A DNA stretch of 40,319 bases. Origin: Candidatus Bathyarchaeia archaeon. Lineage in GTDB: Archaea > Thermoproteota > Bathyarchaeia > Bathyarchaeales > Bathycorpusculaceae. Under the pieces are notes generated by a model. It saw nothing but the letters and a program-made list of their open reading frames with translations, ran no database searches and was not told where the DNA came from. Of this stretch, positions 28,317 through 37,283 are shown one piece after another. The position numbers were made by a program, and so were the translations under genes. Numbering within the stretch: the first letter of the stretch is position 1; every line of letters begins with the position of its first letter. The DNA lies in the NCBI GenBank assembly GCA_037481775.1, contig JBBFKZ010000015.1:1-40319 (forward strand), read 5' to 3'.

Positions 28317-28874
28317 TTAAGGAAGCACTGCATGTTTGCCCTCTCCTTTGGCGGCTGTCTTCAGTTTTTTGCGGTTTTGCGCAAGCAACAAGAATACAAG
28401 ACGACTGAAAAGGGCCACTATAGTAGAAGCTATAATTCCAATAAGGACTATGTCATAAACTATCTGCTCAGGGAAAAGCAGTGTCAAACCTATTCCTCCA
28501 TACATGAGGCTGCCATAGTATTTACCAATTGGATCATACACTGTCTGCTTCAAGTAGACGCTTGTTAAAATAAACTGTATGAAAGCAGTGATTATGAAAA
28601 GAAGAATCCAAGGTGGATAAATTTCTTCAACAATGAACGCGAGAAACATGCCGATTATGAATACGAAGTCTGCAACTACATCAAAATAAGCACCTCTCTT
28701 AGATGTTGCTCCAAGTTTTTTCGCGACGTACCCATCCAGCAGATCAGTACTTAATGCAAAAAGAAACAATGCATACGTCACATAATGAAATTGCTGCATA
28801 AATGAGAAGATAATAAACGGCAAGGCAACTACGCGAAGAGACGTGATAACCAACGGAGTTATCTGCTTTCTCAA
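28317..28874 (-). CDS. CDP-alcohol phosphatidyltransferase family protein
   Basis: DLLDGYVAKK...GAYFDVVAD fits DxxDGxxA(R/K)...GxxxDxxxD; TTG start overlaps the upstream TGA. Confidence 0.85.
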   Translation of the reverse strand: MRKQITPLVITSLRVVALPFIIFSFMQQFHYVTYALFLFALSTDLLDGYVAKKLGATSKRGAYFDVVADFVFIIGMFLAFIVEEIYPPWILLFIITAFIQFILTSVYLKQTVYDPIGKYYGSLMYGGIGLTLLFPEQIVYDIVLIGIIASTIVALFSRLVFLLLAQNRKKLKTAAKGEGKHAVLP

Positions 28875-29449
28875 GGCAAGATTTCTCTACCAGCTTGTTC
28901 AGCAATATGCAATGGATCGCCATTGCCTAAATTCGGAGCGCTATTGAACAAGGATAGAACCTCTTTAATGTTACCGTTATATTCCTCAACTGTCTGCTGC
29001 AACGTCGCCTCTGCAGTTCCATCGCTACCTGCTGACGTGACTAGTAGAACAGTATCTATCCCCTTGAGATCACCTATTCGTTCAAGATGCCGCTTAATTG
29101 TGGCGCTTGGGCTGCCTGCATATACTGGTGAGCCAAGCACCAAAAGCGAATAACCCGTCAGGTCTGTTGGCGCTTGAGCGCTTGCAGTTGTAACCTCAAC
29201 TCGCCAGCCGTTCTCTACAAGTCCATCTGCAAAGGCGTAAACGACATCTCTCATGAACGAGGAGAAACCAGGATGATAAATGATTAACGCCTTTTCAGAA
29301 CCGTTGCTATTCAAAACGTTGATTTCGCTGACGTAATCGCTATTTATTCTGAAGAAAACGACCCCTAAAACGCTGACAAAAACTATAACAAACACAATAA
29401 AGGCGATTAGCAGAAACTTTTTCCACTTCTTTTCAGGCCAAAACTTCAT
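28871..29449 (-). CDS. Membrane-anchored flavodoxin-like protein
   Basis: N-terminal TM, then ALIIYHPGFSSFM and LLVLGSPVYAG flavodoxin-fold motifs. Confidence 0.7.
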   Translation of the reverse strand: MKFWPEKKWKKFLLIAFIVFVIVFVSVLGVVFFRINSDYVSEINVLNSNGSEKALIIYHPGFSSFMRDVVYAFADGLVENGWRVEVTTASAQAPTDLTGYSLLVLGSPVYAGSPSATIKRHLERIGDLKGIDTVLLVTSAGSDGTAEATLQQTVEEYNGNIKEVLSLFNSAPNLGNGDPLHIAEQAGREILP

Positions 29450-29700
29450 AAAATCACATACCCAAAACTCTAATGCGGCAATGAACTAAATAAGTATTAA
29501 TGTTTATTTTAATATCAGCTTGCTCAGTAAATCCTATTTAGATAAAGCTAAAGAAACATTCTATAAACAAAAGCTATAATAATGGCGAACAGCCGTTACA
29601 CAAACACTAGTTTACCAGAAACCACAGGAACAAGCAAACTTTTTCTATCCACTACAGTCTCTTTTAACCATAATAGACGAGCCATTTGACGCTTGCGGCG

Positions 29701-29769
29701 TTATATTTGGCGCCTATTAGCAATTCATTGCAGAAACCTATAGAGGGGCTATCTGAATTACCCTCTATA
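29701..29769 (+). repeat. 53-bp non-coding element, copy 2 (29701-29753), plus TATAGAGGG-N13-CCCTCTATA inverted repeat
   Basis: 50/53 identity to the reverse complement of 16569-16621; 9-bp perfect arms at 29739-29747 and 29761-29769. Confidence 0.92.
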
Positions 29770-29938
29770 ATCCCATTTGATTATGCTTTGAGCATGAGAA
29801 ATATGCGCGCGTGGCCATCAGTATTGTACTGCTTTAGAAAGCTGACGTGTATATTGGATTCACATTTGCAATTCAGAAATATAAAATATTGCGTAAACCT
29901 TCGTTTTCATTCTAATTCAGACTCAGAAGTGCTTCTTC

Positions 29939-30427
29939 ATGGAAACCTTCGCGGAAGAACCTCAGCAATGCACATTGCAAGACGAGAACCTGGATTTTTG
30001 GACCTTTATCAGGAAAGAATCCCTTAAATCCATTAAAACAATTGAAAACATGCTTCAAAATCTTGGACTTTCTAAAAATGAGATACAAGTATATTTGTAC
30101 CTTGCTCTTTACAAGGAAAGAAAAGCAAGCGAAATTTCTAAGGCACTAAATCTCCATAGAACTAATACTTACCAAATATTGCGAGATTTAGAGAAGAAAA
30201 GTCTAGTTTCTTCTACTATAGAGAAACCGCTAAAATTCATTGCTACTCCATTCGAAAAAGCCATAGATGTACTCATTGAAACCAAAAAGCTCATGTTACA
30301 AAAATTGGAAGAAAAAAAGGAAAACCTAATCTACATGTGGCTGTCGCTTCCTAAGCCTAGAATCGAAGGCCAGCAGAAGGAAGTTTTTCAAATACTTGAG
30401 GGAGAAGAGCAAATCACCTTAAAATAA
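29939..30427 (+). pseudogene. TrmB-family regulator, N-terminal wHTH and coiled coil only (3'-truncated)
   Basis: LGLSKNEIQVYLYL, ASEISKALNLHRTNTYQILRDLEKK, EKPLKF; stops right after FQILEGEEQITLK, where the effector domain normally begins. Confidence 0.75.
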
Positions 30428-31287
30428 CCCGAGCTGACAAAAGAATTCTAATAGGAGAAAAACTAACACGCGGTCTCGGTTGCGGTGGCTACCCTGAAAT
30501 AGGCGAAAAAGCATTACGAGAAACTGTAAACGAAGTCATCAACGAAGTCGCTAGTGCCAACATAATATTCTTAGTAGCTGGTCTCGGCGGAGGAACAGGA
30601 ACAGGCGCCATAATAGGCTTAGCTGAAGCGTTACGCGACAAATTTTCAGAATCAGGACTACCTCATCTAGTTGTAGGCGTCGTTACTCTACCCTTCGATG
30701 TTGAAACAGCCCGAATGTCGATCGCCAAAAAAGGCTTAGATCGACTGAAAGCAGCATGCGACACTGTCGTAGTCATCGATAACAACAGGCTCGTCAAAGT
30801 AGCAGGAAATTTACCCTTCAAAGAGGCCTTGGGCGTAGCTAATACTACAATAGGCAAATTCGTAAAGGGTATCACTGAAACAATCACGACTGCAAGCTTG
30901 ATCAACTTGGACTACGCTGATTTAAGAGCAATAATGTCAGGTGCAGGATTAGCTTCTATAGGCATAGGCGAAGGTTTTGGAGAAGGCAGAGTGGAGCAGG
31001 CTGTTGAAAAAGCATTAAACGATCGCCTTCTAGACATTGAAGATGTGACAAAAGCACGCGGCTTACTCATTCATGTTGCAGGTGGAGATGATTTAACACT
31101 GTTTGAGGTAAACCACGCCGCTGAGATTATTAAACGCTCGTTACCGCCAAAGGCAAAAATAATCTGGGGCGCAAGAGTTGACAAAGAGCTAAAAGGCTCT
31201 GTTTCCGTGATGGCTGTTGTGACTGGCGTAGAAAGTGCGTTCTTAAAGAAGCAAGAAAAACGTTTAGGTCCAATAAAACTCTGGTAA
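30409..31287 (+). pseudogene. ftsZ: Cell-division GTPase FtsZ, 5'-truncated
   Basis: Frame reads ANHLKITRADKRILIGEKLTRGLGCGGYPEIG...VAGLGGGTGTG...TLPF...VVIDNNRL...INLDYADLR...IWGA. An in-frame stop lies at 30397 and there is no GxGGxGxN N-terminus. Confidence 0.88.
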
Positions 31288-31515
31288 CCTCCTTTCCTCT
31301 TTTTTCTTATCAGCATGTTGGAACCAGCAAGGTTTATGTTAAATTTCTTTTAAACAGAATATATGCGCCTCTCCAGCCTACCATCTAACTGTCTTGGTAT
31401 AAGTTGAATTTAAAAGACGGCTCAGAAGTGCGTCAATGATTTTTGGAAAAGTAATTTGTTCAAGGACAACCATAAATGTTAAAGTAACCCCGGCGTATAA
31501 TAACTGTTAAAAGCT

Positions 31516-34500
31516 ATGGTTCAGAATCGTGATTTAATGTCTGAGGATGACTTCCTGTTAATTCGAGAACAATACGTTTCTCCGCTGTCACGCCGTATTG
31601 ACGATTGGAAATCCCGGCTAATAGATCTGTCGCGGCGCAACAATTTACTTTATTTTACACCTACTAAAAGGGGAACCCTTTTCGTTTCTCAGCCAAACAT
31701 GGAAACAATTTTCAACAGACTTGTTATACGAAAGCGAAAAATGGCTTTTTGGTATCCGCCTGACGAAGAAAGCTCTCAATCGCCGCTGCAATCCGCGCAT
31801 GTTTCATCTATTACTGAAAAAAACAAGCCAGCGGCAAATCAGCTGGTATGCAATGGAATGGGCAAAGCTGATCTTGAAAAGGTGCTTAAGAATCTATATC
31901 GGCGTTCGCTTTTGGACTATAGGGAACGAGGCGTACGGATATTACATGTTTCTTTTGGGATGTTAGTTTGGAAGGAAAAAGAAACATCCGAAGAAGTTCG
32001 CTCTCCTTTGATCCTTGTGCCGATTGAGTTAACTCAGGAATCAGTTAAGGAGCCCTTCTTTATTTCAGTTCCTCCCGTAGAGGAAGAAGCGATTTTGAAT
32101 CCCGCTTTACAAGTGAAACTTAAATCTGTCTTTAAAATCGAACTTCCACCTTTACCAGAATATTGGGAATACCAGAGTTTAGCACAATACTTTAGCGCTG
32201 TTACAAAACTTGCTACCGAACTTGGTTGGCGAGTAGAAACCACTGTGGTAATCGGGCTTTTCTCATTTCACAAACTAGTTATCTATAACGATCTTGACAT
32301 GAATGAGGCAGTAATAAAGCGGCATCCTTTAATCCGTGCTATCGCTGGAATTGAGAAAATACCGTTTACACCAAATTCTTTGCCTGAAGAAAAAGATGTC
32401 GACCTGATCCAACCTCCTGAAAAAACGTTTCAAGTTTTAGACGCGGACAGCAGTCAAAGAGTAGCAATTGAATATGCCTTGCGTGGCCAAAGCTTTGTAA
32501 TCCAAGGTCCTCCAGGTACAGGCAAAAGCCAAACGATAGCCAACATAATCGCTGAATGCATAGCTCACGGAAAATCTGTTCTATTCGTAAGCGACAAAAT
32601 AGCTGCTCTTGAAGTAGTCTATAAACGGTTACGCGAAGCGGGATTATCATCATTCTGTTTGGAGCTTCACAGCAGCAAGGCTAACAAACAGGAAGTTGTG
32701 GCTGAACTTAAACGTTGCCTTGATGAGCAGTTGGTTCCTCAAAAACTGCCTTCGGAGCACGACTTTAAAAAAATGGGTGAATTGAGAGAAAAATTAAACA
32801 ATTACGTAGCTATGCTTCACCAAAAAAGAACACCGTTACAGAAAAGCGTTTATGAAATATTGGGTGAACTTTCACGTTTAGAATGTGTACCTTTTATCCC
32901 CATTGAATTACCAAATATAGATAGCTTGACTCCCCAAGAGATGAACGAGTTAGAAGATTTGATGCGACAATTGAAAAATGTGTGGCAAGTAGTGGAAGAG
33001 ACAAGTTTTCCTTGGCGTGGTTATCTGGGAAACAATTACAATGTGGAGATTCGCTCGGAACTTTCAACACTTCTAGACAATACACTCATAACAATAGAGG
33101 CGCTTAGAGAAGAATCTGAAAATTTTGCAATTCAACTAGGACTAAATGCTCCTACCACATTTGATGAGATTAAATGGTTAATTGAGATTAGCATGTTTCT
33201 GTTGGAAAGTCCAAAACCTGAAGTAAGTTGGGTTCTTCATCCCGATCTTGACCAATTAATCTCTGAAGCAGAAACATACCAGTCCGCGATTAAATGGTGC
33301 AACATAACACGCAACCGTTTACTAGAGCGCTATAATCCAGATTTATTCAGTTTGGCGCTTACCAAATCCACAGAATTTGAGGAAGCTCTTTCAGCAATCA
33401 ACAGCTTACTCTTGCACTCAAATATCGAAGAAAGCGCGCTTCTTAAAAAAAGAAAAGAATTATTGGATTTTGCCAAGCAAACTGCAATTCTATCAGAAAA
33501 TTGGCGAGAGAAAGCATTGCAGCTTGCTTTGATGCTTGGTTTGCCAACAGAGAATCTTACACTTGCTCGAGTTAGACAACTATCCCGCGTTGCTCTTTTC
33601 TGCTTCTCAGAGAATAAACCTGAGATACATTGGCTGGATCAAGCTCATTTCCAGCGAGTAATAGAAACATTTCCGAAAATAAAAAAGATCTTTGAGGAAC
33701 ATAATACTTTGAAACTTAAGCTGGAGAAAACCTACACAGACGAAATTTTCAACATCGATCTTGATGGTCTCATAAAGCGCTATCGTGAACAGTACAATAG
33801 TTTCTTACGATGGTTCCACCCAAGTTTTTATCGAGATCAAAAGCAAATAGCTCTGTTAACGCATAACAGAAAAGTTCCCAAGTCTATTTTGCAAGATCTG
33901 CTTGACGCGCGCAGACTGAAAATGTTGGACGCTGAAATTGATACCTCAGCAGACGAGATCCAAAGAATATTCGGTCATTTTTATCAAGGTTTTAAGACAG
34001 ATCTGCAACGAATAGAAGAAGCAATAGAAAACACTTCTAAACTCTTCGAATTGTTAAATACATCAAGCATACCTGCGAACCTATCTTGGCTAGTTTCATA
34101 TGGATCTGATCCTCCACTTGCAATCAAACAGGTTGGTAACGAATTGCTAGATTCATTTGAAAAGTGGGATCAGCTTGTTAAAGAGTTAAGTGAGCTATTA
34201 CCCCTTTCACGTATGCCCAACTCGAATTTATCGCTATACGAGACGCCAATAGCAATGGTTCAAGAATGGGCAAGGCTGGTTGAAAAGCAACTTGCTTCTC
34301 TCTGCGAAATAACCGATGAAACCTTAAAAACAAACAAGGCTGAAGCGCCGCAAACCTACAAACAATTAATAGCTGACTTGAAAGATGCTGAAAACGTTAG
34401 AAAAAAAGAAGCCGAAATTCTCAGAGAAGCAGCGCGTCTTCAAGCCGTTTTTGGGTTCCGCTTCACAGGGCTAGAAACATGCTGGGAAGAAATTATCTCA

Positions 34501-37188
34501 GTTCTTCAGTGGACCAAAAAAGTTCAAGCGGCGTTCGGGTCCTCACAGATACCTGTGCCCTTTGCGGATGCAATCGCTTGCGGCGCGGAGTATGCGCCAT
34601 CCAACAGCAACTTGATTAAACAATATAATGACGCATTGAATGCATTGGTGGTTCTGGAGTCCCGTTTCGAAAAACCACCAACATGTCAATGTCAAGGACT
34701 GCAGAAAATGAGCCTTGCGGCGGTTCAAACCAAGATCCGTTTGCTCAGGGAAAGAGTTGACGAGCTCCAAGTTTGGGTCGACTTCAAAGAAACGCAGAGG
34801 ATTTTTGCGCTGAAAGGGTTATCTGCGTTTTTTGATCAACTTGTAAAAACCGCTCCTCCTGCTTCGCAGCTTATCGACATCTTTCGGAAAGCAGCATACC
34901 ACGAATGGCTTAATCACTTATATTCCAAAGAGCCGCAGTTAGGCAAATTTAGAAGAGAAAACCATGAACAGCTAATTGACGAATTCCGAAAGCTTGATCA
35001 AGAGTTAATTCGCCTCTCTTCAAATCGAGTTATAGCGGCAGCAAACAGTAGAAAGCCCCAAGGCATCCTCGTCCAAGCAGAGGATTCAGAAGTGACGATA
35101 TTACTGAAAGAGGCGGTAAAGAAAAAGCGGTTGATGCCGATCCGTAATCTCTTACAGAAAATCCCCAACCTCTTACTGCGACTTAAACCTTGTTTACTCA
35201 TGAGCCCAATTTCTGTAAGCCAATTCCTTCCAGCTGAATTGATGAAATTTGATGTCGTTATATTCGATGAAGCTTCTCAAATTGTTCCTGAAGACGCTAT
35301 CGGAGCCATCTATCGCGGGAAAACAATTGTTGTGGCAGGCGATGACAAACAACTGCCACCTACCTCTTTCTTCCTAAAGTCGTTGATTGAAGAATTTGAC
35401 TGGGACAAAATTAGAGATGAAGATGTTGAAGTTTTCGATAGCATATTAGACGAGTGCATCGGTGTTGGCTTGCCTATTAAGACCCTTCGTTGGCATTATC
35501 GCAGCAAGCACGAAGAATTAATCGCATTTTCTAACCATCATTTCTATAATGGCACCCTCATAACTTTCCCTTCCGCGATAGCGAAGCATGAAGCTTTAGG
35601 CTTGAAGCTGGTTTATGTTCCTGATGGAATCTATGATCGCGGAGGCCGACGCGATAACATTAAAGAAGCTGAAGTTGTTGCAAACATAGTTTTTGAGCAC
35701 TTCCAAAGGTATCCCAACAAAACACTTGGAGTTATAACATTTAGTATAGCACAGATGACTGCTGTTGAAGAAGCAATTGAACAACGTAGACGGCATCAGC
35801 CTGAATTTGAGCATTTCTTTAAGGAAGATAGGCTGGAAGGTTTTTTCGTTAAAAACTTGGAGAACGCACAAGGCGATGAACGTGACGTTATAATAATAAG
35901 CCTCGGCTATGGTTACGACCCACAAGGTCAAATCACAATGAACTTTGGACCTATAAACAAGGCTGGCGGAGAGCGGCGGCTGAACGTTGCAATTACGCGC
36001 GCTCGAGAACGTACAATTCTTGTGACTTCCATTAAATCCTCCGATATCGACATGAAGTCAACTAAAGCAGAAGGCATGGTACTCCTGAAAAAGTATCTTG
36101 AATATGCTGAGAAGGGCCCAGCGGCATTGAACCTGCCCAAACAGAAAGAAGGCGAGTTTGAATCACCCATAGAAGAGGATGTGGCAAATGTAGTACGCCA
36201 GCTTGGCTATACTGTTGTTCCAAAAGTGGGTTATAGTAGCTGCCCTATTGATATAGGCGTAGTTGATCCAAACTCTGGCAATTACCTTTTAGGAATCGAA
36301 TTCGACGGCGCAACATATGCTTCTTCAAATAGTGCCAGGGACAGAGATCGCCTTAGAGAGCAAATGCTTAGCCAATTATCATGGAAGATTCACCGTATTT
36401 GGTCACCAGCATGGGTTGCAAGAAGAGAATCCGAAATCAAGCGATTAGCCACTGCCATAGAAGAAGCCCGTAAACTTCAAACAAAAGTTGAACGTCAAAC
36501 TGCAAATTTTCCTTCCGAAAATTGCACAGAAGATTTGCCTGCCAAAGCTGACGTCCACAAAGTTCAATTTTCTGGTATAAACAAAATCGGTTTTCCTTAT
36601 AAAGTGCATGAACTCAACGTAAACTTCAATTCCCACGTAAAGGTTTCATCTTCTCGAAGTGGCATGGTAGTTCCACATATTGAATTTTATCGTGAAGAGA
36701 ATCGTCAGCTGCAAAGTCGCCTCTTAGAAGAACTTGTAAGAGAAGAAGGCCCAATCCACTTCGACGTCGCAGTTCGAAGATTAGCTTCTGCGTGGGGATT
36801 ACAGCGATGTAGCCCTAAAATAGTTCAAGTTGTAAAGGACGCGCTTAATCTTTTGCTTGTAAGTGGGAAGGTTATTACAAAGGGATATTTCCTTTGGCCG
36901 CCTGACATGCGAGAAGTTCCTGTACGTGTGCCCGTTGCTGATGTTCCAGAGTCAAAGAGAGCACTTGAACATGTTCCGCCGGAAGAAATTGAAAGAGCCA
37001 TGCAGTTAATTGTTCAATACGCTTTAAGTATAAGCGTTGATTCGCTGATAGCTGAGACAGCAAAAGTTTTTGGTTTCAGCCATGTTAAAGAAAAGAGTCG
37101 CCAAAGACTTTATGATATTTACAAAAAATTGTTATTTGAGAAGAAACTTGAGTGCACCAATAATATTGTCACGTTACTTAATAAATAG
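31516..37188 (+). CDS. DUF4011 - SF1 helicase - Vsr/MTES_1575-like nuclease - DUF3320 protein (Hhe-type antiviral architecture)
   Basis: WKSRLIDLSRRNNLL, DADSSQ, QGPPGTGKSQTI, LLMSPISV, FDEASQ, GDDKQLPP, LRWHYRS, QGDERD, RRLNVAITRAR, FESPIE...IEFDG...RDRDRLR, EGPIH. Confidence 0.9.
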   Translation: MVQNRDLMSEDDFLLIREQYVSPLSRRIDDWKSRLIDLSRRNNLLYFTPTKRGTLFVSQPNMETIFNRLVIRKRKMAFWYPPDEESSQSPLQSAHVSSITEKNKPAANQLVCNGMGKADLEKVLKNLYRRSLLDYRERGVRILHVSFGMLVWKEKETSEEVRSPLILVPIELTQESVKEPFFISVPPVEEEAILNPALQVKLKSVFKIELPPLPEYWEYQSLAQYFSAVTKLATELGWRVETTVVIGLFSFHKLVIYNDLDMNEAVIKRHPLIRAIAGIEKIPFTPNSLPEEKDVDLIQPPEKTFQVLDADSSQRVAIEYALRGQSFVIQGPPGTGKSQTIANIIAECIAHGKSVLFVSDKIAALEVVYKRLREAGLSSFCLELHSSKANKQEVVAELKRCLDEQLVPQKLPSEHDFKKMGELREKLNNYVAMLHQKRTPLQKSVYEILGELSRLECVPFIPIELPNIDSLTPQEMNELEDLMRQLKNVWQVVEETSFPWRGYLGNNYNVEIRSELSTLLDNTLITIEALREESENFAIQLGLNAPTTFDEIKWLIEISMFLLESPKPEVSWVLHPDLDQLISEAETYQSAIKWCNITRNRLLERYNPDLFSLALTKSTEFEEALSAINSLLLHSNIEESALLKKRKELLDFAKQTAILSENWREKALQLALMLGLPTENLTLARVRQLSRVALFCFSENKPEIHWLDQAHFQRVIETFPKIKKIFEEHNTLKLKLEKTYTDEIFNIDLDGLIKRYREQYNSFLRWFHPSFYRDQKQIALLTHNRKVPKSILQDLLDARRLKMLDAEIDTSADEIQRIFGHFYQGFKTDLQRIEEAIENTSKLFELLNTSSIPANLSWLVSYGSDPPLAIKQVGNELLDSFEKWDQLVKELSELLPLSRMPNSNLSLYETPIAMVQEWARLVEKQLASLCEITDETLKTNKAEAPQTYKQLIADLKDAENVRKKEAEILREAARLQAVFGFRFTGLETCWEEIISVLQWTKKVQAAFGSSQIPVPFADAIACGAEYAPSNSNLIKQYNDALNALVVLESRFEKPPTCQCQGLQKMSLAAVQTKIRLLRERVDELQVWVDFKETQRIFALKGLSAFFDQLVKTAPPASQLIDIFRKAAYHEWLNHLYSKEPQLGKFRRENHEQLIDEFRKLDQELIRLSSNRVIAAANSRKPQGILVQAEDSEVTILLKEAVKKKRLMPIRNLLQKIPNLLLRLKPCLLMSPISVSQFLPAELMKFDVVIFDEASQIVPEDAIGAIYRGKTIVVAGDDKQLPPTSFFLKSLIEEFDWDKIRDEDVEVFDSILDECIGVGLPIKTLRWHYRSKHEELIAFSNHHFYNGTLITFPSAIAKHEALGLKLVYVPDGIYDRGGRRDNIKEAEVVANIVFEHFQRYPNKTLGVITFSIAQMTAVEEAIEQRRRHQPEFEHFFKEDRLEGFFVKNLENAQGDERDVIIISLGYGYDPQGQITMNFGPINKAGGERRLNVAITRARERTILVTSIKSSDIDMKSTKAEGMVLLKKYLEYAEKGPAALNLPKQKEGEFESPIEEDVANVVRQLGYTVVPKVGYSSCPIDIGVVDPNSGNYLLGIEFDGATYASSNSARDRDRLREQMLSQLSWKIHRIWSPAWVARRESEIKRLATAIEEARKLQTKVERQTANFPSENCTEDLPAKADVHKVQFSGINKIGFPYKVHELNVNFNSHVKVSSSRSGMVVPHIEFYREENRQLQSRLLEELVREEGPIHFDVAVRRLASAWGLQRCSPKIVQVVKDALNLLLVSGKVITKGYFLWPPDMREVPVRVPVADVPESKRALEHVPPEEIERAMQLIVQYALSISVDSLIAETAKVFGFSHVKEKSRQRLYDIYKKLLFEKKLECTNNIVTLLNK

Positions 37189-37283
37189 GGTACTTCCAGC
37201 CCGCATCCTGCAATTTACCTTGTTGCGCCTACAGTAGCTTAAATATCCTGTTTGCAATGAATTTAACTAAATTTGGAGGAATC

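Noticed and set aside
29686-30027. 113-aa ORF spanning repeat copy 2
   Set aside because: No recognisable motifs; overlaps the TrmB start; core differences from copy 1 are all non-synonymous and the copy 1 frame stops soon after.
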